Source: the human T2T-CHM13v2.0 reference genome, Homo sapiens. From it: a stretch of 64,000 nucleotides of DNA. Made by a program: the position numbers and the translations under genes. Each line of letters begins with the position of its first letter. Position 1 is the stretch's first letter. Shown piece after piece: positions 43,500 through 56,632 of this stretch. The stretch lies in the NCBI RefSeq assembly GCF_009914755.1, contig NC_060939.1; one strand, 5' to 3'. The notes beneath the pieces were generated by a model that made no database searches, was not told the DNA's origin, and saw nothing but the letters and a program-made list of their open reading frames with translations.

Positions 43500-43720
43500 G
43501 TACATGGACTGTAGTTGGAGGTACCCAGGTTCAAGCCTGGCTCTGCTACTTGTTAGTCATGTGATTATGACTTTATGTCTCTGTGCTTCAGTGTCTTCAT
43601 CTGTAAAATGGGGATGATAATAAGACTGCCTCAAAAAGTTGTCGTGAAGAATAAATGAGACAATGCATTTTGGAGCATAAAGCAGTCCCCAGTACATGAT
43701 AAGCACACAGTACAGGTAGC
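43500..43720 (+). mobile_element. MIR
   Basis: ggttcaagcctggctctgctact ... catctgtaaaatggggatgataat core. Confidence 0.8.
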
Positions 43721-44831
43721 TCAACCAAGAGGGCTGTGCAGTAGAGTAGAGGTAAGAGGGCTCAGATGGGGCTCAGAATGGGGTGGTCACCACACTGAGC
43801 TCTGCAGCTATTGCTTCTGCAGAGGCCCTGGACTTTGAAAGCCTCTTTTTGTAAGCCATCTGGTACTTTCTAGAGCACCTGGTTTCTTGGTGCTGACTCC
43901 CTAAGCTTTAGGGCCTCACCTGGTTAAGAGAGTGGCTGATTTTTTTGATATAGAACAAAGCAACATTACTGTCCATGTCTGAAGGTGAGGTCTTATCCTG
44001 CAGGGAATGCAGGTAGCGGAAGCTAAGCAGATCAGAGTCCAAATGCCAGCTGTTATTTCCTGTGTAGCCTTAGCCTACTCACTTCGCCTCTCTGAGCCCC
44101 AGATTCCTCATCTCTCAGTGGATGGTAATATCCGCTTGCAGACATCAGTACAGGTAAAGGGCATCACAGAGTAGGTGCATGAGTGATGCCTGGTATTCTC
44201 ATGCCACACTTGAGGCCCATCGAACAGTGTTTACATCCTGGGGAGTTTTATTAGAGCCAGTTCTAAGGTTTGCCATCCAAACCTTGAAGTGAGGCACTGG
44301 TCGCCTCTTTGTCTAAGTTTTTGCCCGCCCCCTGCCAGAATTGGGCAGAAGACTTAGAGCTGCTTACACAAAGCCACACATTTGGACTTTTAACTGAAGT
44401 GATGGAATCTTTAAGTATCTGCCACTCTCATTCAAGTCCTTGGCTTGATGATGCTCCTCAGTTTGGAAGAACCATCCCTAACCAGAAATGAACTAATCTA
44501 AGGACCCATCTATCTAGTAAACTGAATCAAAACTCTTCTCTGCCAGGACATCAAGGTGGATTTATTTGTGTGTGGGAATCATGTCCCTTGACACTTACCA
44601 ACTTGATTCTTCCTCCTGGAACCTCATCCGCACCTGCTCTCCTTGACCTAAACCCCTCAACACACAAACACACATAGACACATACAAATATGTACATTAC
44701 CTAGTTAGGGAAACAACCTTGCAAATGCTGCATAAGTCTAATATTTGTGGTTCTGAACATACGTGTGGTCTTTAAAATGAGATGTAGTGATATTTCCTGA
44801 GTGTTTGATATAGTTCTCTTACCTCTTCCAG

Positions 44832-44912
44832 GAAAAACAGAAGCCTATTTGGAAGCCATCAGAAAAAATATTGAATGGTTGAAGAAACATGACAAAAAGG
44901 GAAATAAAGAAG
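44832..44912 (+). CDS. SCG3: SCG3 exon 11 (GKTEAYLEAIRKNIEWLKKHDKKGNKE)
   Basis: ttccag| acceptor, G|gtagga donor; 81 nt. Confidence 0.98.
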
Positions 44913-46039
44913 GTAGGACCAAGTGTGGTTGTACATTGCAAACTTCACCCATTTGTCAGGGGCTCTTGTTATATAAAAATTCCCACAGTCAAATTGACTG
45001 TGCTAAAGTCTCCCCGCAGAGCCCAAAAAAGACTGAAGTCACCTGTCAGATACAGAGGGGAACAGAACCTCCATTTCTCTTATTATTCAAATTAGCCTTT
45101 CAAGCAAAGGCGTTTTCTTTTCTTTTACGTTTTATTAGGAAAAATGTCAAGCAAACGTAGAACGAATAGCATAATGGATCCCTGTGTCTCCAGCACCCAT
45201 CTTCAATAATTATCAAATGTTGCCAGTCTTGTTTTATCTAGCCCCCCTTTCTTGGAGTATTTTAAACAAAGGCATTTTCTGAGCACAAATTTTGTGCACC
45301 CTGCAGTCACAAAAGCAGTCACTCGCTTACATAAAGCAAAACACAGAACCAGGCCCTGTTCTAAGTGCCAGAGATGTCCCGCCCAAGGAATGCACAGCGT
45401 CATTAGAGCTATGGTTGGCCCTGCTCAGTGATGTCATGGATAGGTGTGTTACTGCCAAGGAGGTGAGAAGATGGGATGGATCTTCATACTAGGACAGAGA
45501 CAGTTGAGAGAAGGGCCACAAGTCTTCTCTGGAAAGTTAAGGATGAATCTGCCGAGTGAGGAGAGATGGAGGCAGAGCGAACACTAGGTACCAAGACATA
45601 AAGGGACAAAACAGAGGGGTGGTTCTGGGAACTGGAGCCATTCATGTCCCCAGGAACAGTGGATGTTTGTGGAGAAGAGCAGCATATAGGGTTGGGAAGT
45701 GGGCAGTAGCCATGCCAGGAAGACATTTATGTACTCTTCAGAGAAGGTTGGTTTTAGCCAAGGGAGCCTAAATTGGGGCCTAATTAGGTTAAGAGCTGAG
45801 AAATCCATCTGGCAGCAGTGTGACTACAGATTGAAAAAATAAGACCCCAGAAGGCAGCAGAGAGATAAGGAGGTAAGACAGAGAGATCTGGAGCAGAAAT
45901 ATGGGGCTGTAAACCAGGGGACAACAGAGGAGATAAAAAGGAAGGGAGGAACTCAAGAGCCATGTGGAGAAGGAGGATTCTGACACGATTCCCAGGTATC
46001 TGGCCAGAGCAGTTGCAAAGTGATGCCTTCCTAAGAAAC

Positions 46040-46220
46040 AAGTAATGCTTCTCAAACTTTAAAGTGCATCCAAATCACCTGGGGAACTTCTTAAATATCC
46101 CACTGCCCAGGCTGCACTGCAGCACCACTAAATCAGAAATTCTGGGGACACAGCTCTGGCATCAGTATTTTTTCAACTCCCCAGGTTATTCCAGCGTGCA
46201 GCCAAGTTTGCAAACCGCTG
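46040..46220. mobile_element. MER5A
   Basis: ttctcaaacttt ... aatcacctgggga ... gccaagtttgcaaaccgctg. Confidence 0.8.
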
Positions 46221-47168
46221 AGATACAGCACAGAGGGAGAAAGAGGTATTTTCAGCACCCTGGTAGCTTAGGTCTTCTAAGTTGAGTGATGATGGCAATA
46301 ATTATCGATGTTCATGCATACTTTATTTGGTTCAAAATGATTTGAATTTCCAGGCTGTCAGTTACATTAAAATCTACATGAACCATATTTCATCGAATCT
46401 GTCATTGATTAAAAATGCACCATTGTTTTATGTGCCATTAAATTACAACATGCCATCAATGACTGCAAAGACTTTAAAATTAAAATGTTCATCTTAGAAT
46501 CACTGTAGTACACTGTGTGCCAAAATACATCCCAAAGCCATGATAAATTGTATGGTACATCAATTTGGAGTATTTGTTACTGTTTTCACTGATTAGCATA
46601 TGAATCAGACTCCTGGTCATAATCAACAACATCTTGCAATTCAATGTTCCCATTCCAGAAATGACCAACCTGGTGAAGCATAGAACTCTGGTGCTTGCAT
46701 ATGGAAGGCTCTGTTAGCAAACTGGCATTGGGTTCGATGCTCCCTTTTGTCTCTGGGAAATATGCAGTATGCCCTCTTGAAGACAGAAACAGAGCTCTTT
46801 CTCCACTGCTCTCATATGCGCTCGGCTTGACTTGGGGTCATCTTCTCAAAGCCTGTGGGGGATCTGGGTCCTAGGGTCATGCAGTGGCTGCAGCTGTATA
46901 AGCAGGGAGAATTACTATTAGTTCCGACCTTTCTTAACCATTGTTGCCACCCTTTGTTTGGTAAGGGACTGGGTGACCTGAATCCCCTTCCCAAACCCAG
47001 GAAAGGGAGGTCCATGTGATGTGATAGTGAGGATAATGAGAAAATCTTATGTAGCCTTAAAAAAATATGCTTTTAAAAAGCGAATCACAGCCCTTCTCTC
47101 CTTTGAGCCTTACAACCTTAAAACTTCTTTTAAGGTTAGCAAGATGGCTACTGGCTTATGTCTCCTAA

Positions 47169-47700
<532 letters not shown>

Positions 47701-48429
47701 GGAGTCTGCCTTTTATTCCATTAAAGATGTTGACACTGCAGCCTATTCTGCAGAGGCAGTATTAATGAACCAGGAATAAACAAGAAGTGCCCTTTGTGCC
47801 TTAGGGGTCAGGAATAAAGGAATCATCGCCTTAGGTGCGGTGCCTGCAAAATGTATGTTCAGCTTCGTTCTCTACTTCGTGCCTGAGAGAATGGGAAAAG
47901 TGAAAAACAAAAATAAAAATGAGCATTTATTGAACATTTGCTTTGTACCTGTTAGATGTTTTATAGTCAGTACTACAAGGCTATGGAATGGTCAATCAAT
48001 GACCAGCATTCAGAACCTGACTCTACCACTACCTGAGCAAGTAACTTACCCCCTTTTCTGTTTCTTCATCTCTGAAATGAGGATACTAATGCTTACCCAT
48101 GAGTGTGGAAAAAGCAACAATGTGCTTTCTCCTGTTCTCTCACTCAACACAACAATCAACACAGAAGACTTCTGTGACCAAATGCGTGGGGGTTTCTCCC
48201 CACCACCAAGCAAGCAATCAATTCTGCAGCCGACACTAGCTGGTTGTCCGCTGATTCAATTCAATTCCAACACTATCTACTTAGAGTCAGCCTCAGACAC
48301 CACAGGGTGAGGGCGCAGTCCCAAAAGAGTGCCCCTTCCTTTGCACCAGTTGCATGTCCAGGCCTCTGGAACAGCTGGCTGACTGGCTTCAAGTTTCGGT
48401 TTCCACAGCCTCCTCTTAGGGTTCAGTTA

Positions 48430-49057
<628 letters not shown>

Positions 49058-49656
49058 GGATTGCTAGAATTCAGAGAAATGCATTTACTGGTTTATTAAA
49101 AGGATATTTTAAAGGATACAAATAAACAACTAGATGAAGAGATACATAGGGTGAAGTCTGGAACAGTCTGAAGTGCAGGAGCTTCCATCCTTGTGGAGCT
49201 GGGGTGCAACACCCTTCCAGCATGTGAATCAGTTTTTGTTCACCTTCCTGTCAGCCTCCACGTGTTCACCTATCTGGAAGCTCCTGAACCCTGTCCTCTT
49301 GGGCCTTTCATGGAGACTTCATTGGATAGGCATGATTGACAACCATGTAGGAATGTGATTGGACAAAAAGGACATGGTCTAAACCCAGTAAGGCCTATCT
49401 CTGCAGATTCTTCTTGGCCTCTCTGTGCAACATTCCTTCCTCCAGGGTACAGGGTAGGACCCTCTATGGATCAAGGGTGTTATGACCCACAATCAGATTA
49501 GAGTCCTGCCTTGGCTGGGTGAAAGGAGGGCAGGTCAGAGAGAAAGATTCTGCTTCCTGAGGCCTTCTTCTGAGGCCCAAAGTGCCCTAACATTATGACA
49601 AAAGGCTGAAACAAGGGATATGGGAGTTATAAGCCAGGAATCATGGACGAAAACCT

Positions 49657-49684
49657 ATATAGATAGTTAGATGATGGATGGATG

Positions 49685-49730
<46 letters not shown>
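49657..49730. repeat. Compound (TAGA)/(GATG)/(GACA) tetranucleotide STR
   Basis: Read directly. Confidence 0.93.
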
Positions 49731-50469
49731 TGTCATAGGGTATAACCTCGTGGGGTTTTGTGGGGGGCAATTAAGGTGATGGCTGTAAAGTGTCCAGTGC
49801 TGGGATTTCCCTTTCAATCCTCATGGCTGTGCCCTAACAGGGAGCAGATGTCCTGCTTGCCAGAGAGGATATAAGCCCTGTCTAAGCCTCACTCACTTAG
49901 TGATTGTAGAGAGGTCCTTCATGGTTCGTTTTCCTTTCTCATAAGAGCTTAAGGATACCCAAGTGACCCAGGCTCAGATTACATTCAGGCTCGCTAAGGG
50001 TGGCTGCTAAACCACCCTTTTATACCCACTCTCTCCTTTCTCTTCTCCTCACCAACTAACAGAAAGCAGCGTTCTGTCTAGTCATTTACAGCTGTTATTG
50101 CTTAATACTTAAAGGATCAAGGGAAAATGGGGGTTTTTAAAGGCTTCAGAAAGGTGTCATAGGCAGCCTCCTTACCTGGAAATCTTTATTTTTGGTGGGT
50201 GTTTTGACAATGTATATAGATTTTGTTTGTTTGTTTGTTTAAGGAGGACAGAGGAACCAAAAAGAGTTTACAGTTTGGCTTTTTGCTCCTTGCATACGAT
50301 TCAAACAGCATGAAATAAAGTAACTCTTAATTTGAAAAAAAAAAGTGGGTTGTCACATCAACATGGACTTAAACCTAGTATAAGTCAGGAAGTCAGGAAG
50401 TCAGAACACCCGGTTCTGATCATAACTTTTACTACCTATGTGACCTTGAACAAGGCACTTAACCCCGAA

Positions 50470-50620
50470 GTGTGGTTCCTAGACCAACAGCATCAGTATC
50501 ACCTGACAGCCGTTTAAAATGCATAACCTGGATCCTCACCCCAGACCTACTGAATATGAATCTGCCACTTCCCAATAGCCCCAGGTGTTTGGTATAAACA
50601 TTAAAATTTGCAAAGCCCTG
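50470..50620. mobile_element. MER5-family fragment inside a MIR
   Basis: cagcatcagtatcacctg ... ccccagacctactgaat. Confidence 0.7.
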
Positions 50621-50898
50621 GTCATGAGCCTATTTCCTGTTTGGTCAACTGGGGATGGTATGACCCACCTGAACATCTCACAGGGTTGTGATGAAGCACA
50701 GATGAGATAATACATGTAAATATTATTTTATACTGCAAAGTACTACACAAATGCCAAGAATTAAAATGCCTCCCGATGTGAAAGATGGGGAATGGTAATT
50801 GTGTTATTGTATAAAATGCTTCTCAGTTAATGGTAATCACTGTAATGGGATTGGCCTTTCCTGATCTTTGCTCATTATGCTCTAATAATATTTTCCAG

Positions 50899-51017
50899 AT
50901 TATGACCTTTCAAAGATGAGAGACTTCATCAATAAACAAGCTGATGCTTATGTGGAGAAAGGCATCCTTGACAAGGAAGAAGCCGAGGCCATCAAGCGCA
51001 TTTATAGCAGCCTGTAA
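50899..51017 (+). CDS. SCG3: SCG3 exon 12 coding part (DYDLSKMRDF...KRIYSSL*)
   Basis: ttccag| acceptor, TAA at 51015-51017. The twelve exons total 1407 nt = 468 aa plus stop. Confidence 0.98.
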
Positions 51018-52520
51018 AAATGGCAAAAGATCCAGGAGTCTTTCAACTGTTTCAGAAAACATAATATAGCTTAAAACACTTCTAATTCTGTGATTAAAAT
51101 TTTTTGACCCAAGGGTTATTAGAAAGTGCTGAATTTACAGTAGTTAACCTTTTACAAGTGGTTAAAACATAGCTTTCTTCCCGTAAAAACTATCTGAAAG
51201 TAAAGTTGTATGTAAGCTGAGATTTTGTATACAGAATCCTTATTTCCTCATAGACTTATATTTTATAATCAGAATATGTTGCTTTGAAAAAGCCTCTAAT
51301 GGACTGACCTTAAAACTCATCCTTCTTCCACTGTCTCATCCACATAAGCACTCCCCGAAGAATTAAGGGGGTTCTGTTTTCAAGGCATGCCAAGTACTAA
51401 AGCACCTTGCAGAGCGTGTCTATTACAAGATGTCATTTCCACCAGCAGTTCCCTTAGGGGAGCTGAAATAAATTCACATTTTCTCAAAGTCTCATAGCTT
51501 TGGAGGAGCCATCTGCTTTTTTGGCTGCTCTTTTTAGCTGGCTTTTTATTAGGCTCAGTGACATAAAAAGGATCCAGGTAAATGGGTATAGGATTTGCTG
51601 GATTTACTAACAATTTCCCCCTGTTCTTAACACTTCCTATTAGTGACTTTTCAGACATTGAGTTTACTTATAAAGAGAGATATTTATGTACTCTCTAAGA
51701 AGACAAATGAGGTCATAAACACTGCATAAAGCAAGGCAAAAATGTATGCCACATCTCAGTTATCTAAACTAGATTAGATCCAAGCCAAGTTTTCTCAACA
51801 GAGAGCAAAGGGCCAGGCAGTAAGGTAGAAATAGAGATAAAAATCATTCCTTCCTTGTGATCCAAAGCTGGTCGAGCAGCTTTCCTGGAGGAAAAGGTTA
51901 ATGAACTTCAGGTCCCTGCAACTCAGCCCCCACCACAAACACAGCCCTGGAAACATACAGTGGCGCAAGGTCCTCTTGAAATGTTAATGGTTAATGTTCC
52001 CAAACCAGAGAATGCTTTGAAAATGTATCATTCAGTGTAAATTAATTACATACATATTTTTCTATATATTTGTTTCAAACTGTAAAAATAACATAATATG
52101 TAATTTGTGTATTAGTGAGAGGTGAAGCCAGCTGGACTTCCTGGGTCGAGTGGGGCCTTGGAGAACTTTTCTGTCTTACAAGAGGATTGTAAAATGCACC
52201 CATCAGTGCTCTGTAAAACACACCAATCAGCGCTCTGTAGCTAGCAATAGGTTTGTAAAATGCACCCATCAGCACTCTGTAAAACGCACCAATCAGCACT
52301 CTGTAAAATGCACCAATCAGCAGGATTCTAAAAGTAGACAATCACAGGGAGGATTGAAAAAAAGGGCACTCTGATAGGGCAAAAACGGAACATGGGAGGG
52401 GACAAATAAGGGAATAAAATCTGGCCACCCCAGCCAGCAGCGGCAACCTGTTCAGGTCGCCTGCTGCTGTGGAAGCTTTGTCCTTTTGCTCTTCATAATA
52501 AACCTTGCTACTGTTCACTC
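51018..52520 (+). other. SCG3: SCG3 3'UTR with candidate poly(A) signals ATTAAA 51093, AATAAA 51467, AATAAA 52497
   Basis: Hexamers read directly; which ends are used is inferred. Confidence 0.7.
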
Positions 52521-52631
52521 TTTGGGTCCGTGCCATCTTTAAGACTATAACACTCACCGCAAAGGTCTGTGGCTCCATTCTTGAAGTCAGCAAGACCACA
52601 GACCCACCGGCAGGAACCAACTCTGGACATA
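52116..52631 (+). mobile_element. LTR12-family (ERV9; short, LTR12F-like) solo LTR
   Basis: Starts TGAGAGGTGAAGCCAGCTGG; tandem CACCAATCAGCACTCTGTAAAA units; GGGAATAAAA box; ends ggaaccaactctggacata; near-TSD TTAG/TTGG; 516 bp. Confidence 0.9.
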
Positions 52632-54519
52632 TTGGCTGTCACTGTTTCAAATGGTCTTTGACACCTGCATTGCTGTCCTGAATGCCCCTACCTGGTATCC
52701 CACCTTTTGGTGGGGACTGTGGGGGAAAGGCTGGTTTCTTCTCTCATCCTCTCCAGAGAGCTGCAAAAACAAACAAAAGCCAAAGCCTGACACACACACA
52801 CGAACTAAACTCAGTATGTTCTAGAGAAGCCAGGCAGGTACTTTCTGTTGAGTGGGGAGAGGGAACTAAAAACACCTTTGCCCAAATAACACTTGCCAAA
52901 ACATAGTGAACCAGACTGTTTCCATGAGTCATCTTTGATAACATGACTGACTCTAATTCAGCCATACCCAAACAGGCTACGTGTCCATCAGACAATAAAC
53001 TGGTGCTGGCTAAAACATTTTATCCATTCACTTTTCTATAATGTATCTAAACATGCAGTATTTTTAAAAATAAGACATGTACTTAGGGAGTTTGTTGTGG
53101 TTCTCAAAGCACATTGGCATTCATTAGCTCCTATCCATAATCAAAACAAAAGGAACATCATCAGTCCCGTTTTATGAAACAGGAAACTGGTTCACAAAGG
53201 GAACAAAAGCACAGGATACACTCCAGCTTGTGCGGCCAAGAAATGGTAAAGTTGGGATAGAACGTAAGTTTCTTGTCTCAGCCCACTCCAGTGATTCTAT
53301 GTGCAAGGTAGGGACTAAAGTACTCAGTCCAGAATAGTTTAACTGTGGCCACAAAGAATTCCAAGTTACTAATAACTTGAAGATGACCAATGTTTTGGCT
53401 AGAGAATGCTAAGAGAGACCTTAGGCAAAAATAAAATACTCAGAAAAAAATGTTTTTGAGATTGTGGTCTTAATTTCAAATTCGAGCTCATGTTATGTCT
53501 TTTGGATTACTCTCAAATTTCAGAACATTTTATGTTAAATAGCATGATAACTCTACATTTTTAATGGTTCCTAGGCCACCACAGATGTTTGTTTGAACCT
53601 TTTCTTACATACATACCTGTTTTCCTTCCCTTATTTTTTTTCATTTAGGTCTCTCTTCATCCAACTAACTCCCCACAGTTCAGGTAGTGAATACAAGAAA
53701 ACAGCAAAGCATGATCAAGAGAGTAACCTATTTCAAAGATGCTATAACATGAGAAAAAAAAGACAAGACACAGGGATTATATATATTAGGAACAAACAAG
53801 AAAATCAGCAAGACAGGGGCTGACAGCTACTGTTTCCCATTGATGCAGCAGTTGCTCAGCCTCAGGGCTTAGATATGTGCAGTTCTAACTCTGCAAGCTC
53901 TGATGCATTAACACCTAAGGGCACTTGTTTCTTGCTTAATGGATGACCTGGAGAAGCAAGACAGGGGAAAACAAAATGAGGGAAGATAAAAGAAAGAGAG
54001 AGAAGAAAAAAATAACAAAAAGAAGAAAGTGAAAGTATTTTTGCTATGCTGGGATGGGGTAGATATGAGGAATTTTTGTGGAAGCCTAAAGATTTATTTA
54101 ATCTAAGAGTTGAACAGAAATTGAGACCAAAACAATATTTAATTATAAATGATATATTGCTTAAAGTGTCCTACTGTAATCTATACATATAATAAAGACC
54201 AATTAAATTATGGGAATAAAAATCAATTCAAATAAGTACAGGACTACCAAACACTCATAAAGTAACTTAGCAATGAAATCTATACTAGAATTCTGCAATA
54301 TAATGTCAGATTATGGTATTATTTATTTGTTCTTTTGATTTATTCCATGTTTTCACCATATCTGAATCACATTAGGTCAATGAAAATGCCAAGATTACTA
54401 GTAATTATACTTGTTTTGCTTTTAGATTATGAATACTTTTTTCAAAATTGCATTTATAATAATAAAAACCATTAAAGTGAAGAAGAAGCTGTCAGCATTT
54501 AAATGTATAATTTAAAAGT

Positions 54520-55101
54520 CAATTTTATTTTCTCATTTGTTAAAAAAAAAAAGGAGACTCAAGTTTGAAAACATAGTTTATTTTCTCATTCAGGCTTTTG
54601 TAGTTTATTTTTACAAAATAGCAGACAAAATTTGGTTCTTTATATTAATAGAGAATATGTAAGACATATCGAAATATATATATAGCACTTAAGTTATAAA
54701 CACACAGCAAATTCAGCATCACTTAAACAGCAACCATATTTTCACATAATCAGGATTGCATAAGGAGATAAACATTATTTTTAGCCTAAATATATAAATA
54801 ATCTTTGATGCTTTATGTCAATTAGTATTTATAAAAGCTAGTCTAAAAACTAACACCACCTACAAAAGTGATGAGCTTTAGGCTACAACCTTGCCATCAT
54901 GCCATAATAAAGACTTAAAATTATAGAAAGCCAGAGGGAACTAATCACTTCAGTGCAACTGCAGCAGGTAGAACTACCTAGTTATGATTTTAAGATGGAC
55001 ACTATAGGAATCCAGAAGGGATGTTTTTGAATCTTCAGTTGTTGGATTCTTTATGGTCCAAACATATCTTAATTTTGGTTAGAGTTATGCCCCCAAATCA
55101 C
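54520..55101 (-). other. LYSMD2: LYSMD2 3'UTR and poly(A) signal cluster
   Basis: Minus-strand AATAAA at 54604-54609, 54577-54582 and 54524-54529; U-run from the A11 tract at 54542-54552. Confidence 0.75.
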
Positions 55102-55144
55102 CTAACTGTGATAGAGGGAAGTTGCATAGGGACTTTCTTCATCT
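55102..55144 (-). CDS. LYSMD2: LYSMD2 last coding exon (R-DEESPYATSLYHS*)
   Basis: Minus-strand tttcag| acceptor; phase 2 matches the previous exon; TAG at 55104-55102. Confidence 0.93.
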
Positions 55145-56089
55145 CTGAAAGAAAATAAATACAGCATAAATCAGAGTTTAGAACTGTATGCAGAAAACTA
55201 AAACATCAACTTATTATACAATATCCACTTGCCAAAGAAGGAATATATCAACTTAGAATATTGTGCATGCCTAGACAACTGTATGAAATGCCAATACTTA
55301 AGACATACCTTACTATCTCCATTTTATTCATATCTCAGTTATTAGAATAAATAATGTCATTCATTTATGTATTTATATTTGCTTATATTTACATATATTT
55401 TAAATCTATACTAAATTATATTCATATTTATATTTGTTTATGTTTTCTATATTCTACCTCTTTCCCAAAAGGATTTAAGGTACTAACAACAAAAGGCATA
55501 TATACAATAAGATTAATAAAATAGAAATAAAAAAATCAGGACTAAGGAAAGGAGAAGGAAACCAATGTATTAATCATAAGAAATATTATAGGAGTTGAAC
55601 ACAGGTATCAATTTTAGTTGCAAGCTTCCCAATAGCCAGAGCAAAAAAGGAAACACAGTAGATTGTACTTTTTTGAAATCAAATCATAAAGAAAAAAGGA
55701 AACCCATTCTATAGGAGAGAGAAAGATTTGCCCTAATATCAAATTTAAAAAACAAAGAAAAAAGTTCACATGAGATCTTATGTAGGAAACACCCAGCAAC
55801 AAATAACAGACAATGTCTTTGACAAGTTTTGCAACTATCAATATTTTACAAGTATTTTCTATGACACTACTTCTCTTGAAAGTGTCAGTGAGAGAGACAC
55901 TTTTATTTTGCCGCTATCCAGAAGTGCTAGCTGGACAGTGACGCTATTAAAGCAAAGAAGCAAACTTTTTATAGTAAATAACAGATAAAAACACTGCAAC
56001 AGATAAAGCCTTGTGCATCAGGCAGCAGCTCTGTTTAGAGTTTATATACTAAAAATGCCTTTCTAGAACTAAAATGCAGTTTTTAAAGC

Positions 56090-56230
56090 AAAAAAAGAAA
56101 GAAAGAAAGAAATTAAGAAAGGAAGAAATTAAGAAAGGAAGAAATTAAGAAAGAAAGAAATTAAGAAAAAAAGAAAAAAAATCAGAAAGAAAGAAAAGAA
56201 AAGAAAAGGCAAAGAAAAGAGAAAAGAAAG
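56090..56230. repeat. GA-rich low-complexity repeat ((AAAG)n, GAAATTAAGAAA units)
   Basis: Read directly. Confidence 0.9.
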
Positions 56231-56300
56231 ATTTGGCCCAGCAAGGACATCTTAATAGTGATTTATTTAGACTTTGACATTTGTACCAGGGTATTCTTAC

Positions 56301-56632
56301 CTGCTCTCTTCTTTTAGCTTCTTGGCTGCCTGTGTTGATAACTTAATCTGCAAGTCAAGTCTCTGCAGGAAATCTCTGGCTGACACTTCCTCAGGCTGCA
56401 CAGGCTGAACATCAGATTCTTGAGGACTGGGAGGAGGGAGGTCTTCCCCGGCCACCACTGGCTCCTCTTCCTGAGAAAAACTGTTATCAGCAGTTTCATT
56501 TTCTGGAGAATCAATGGAGTTAAGTCCATTAAACAACAAAGGCTTCTCTGATATAACTGGGATGTTCAAAGTTTTCTTCAGAAATATACAATCATTGGTA
56601 AACAGTTTATTGGCCCTTTTAATCTGTTCCAT
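56301..56632 (-). CDS. LYSMD2: LYSMD2 (LysM domain-containing 2) penultimate coding exon (MEQIKRANKLFTNDCIFLKKTLNIP...KEES)
   Basis: Encodes the C-terminal half of a LysM domain. Minus-strand ttttag| acceptor and AG|gtaaga donor; 332 nt. The initial M is internal; the upstream exon lies beyond the window. Confidence 0.95.

Noticed and set aside
52190-52325. Regularly spaced CACCAATCAG...CTCTGTAAAA repeats that resemble a CRISPR array
   Set aside because: These are the normal U3 tandem units of LTR12; there are no unique spacers or cas genes, and the DNA is human.
52413-52418. AATAAA as the SCG3 poly(A) signal
   Set aside because: Its position in the LTR corresponds to the ERV9 TATA-like box; 52497 is the better poly(A) candidate, though use of 52413 cannot be excluded.
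56297-56632. Standalone 111-aa gene starting MEQIKR
   Set aside because: The ATG sits exactly at a splice acceptor and the stop is inside the donor (gtaa); it is an internal LYSMD2 exon.
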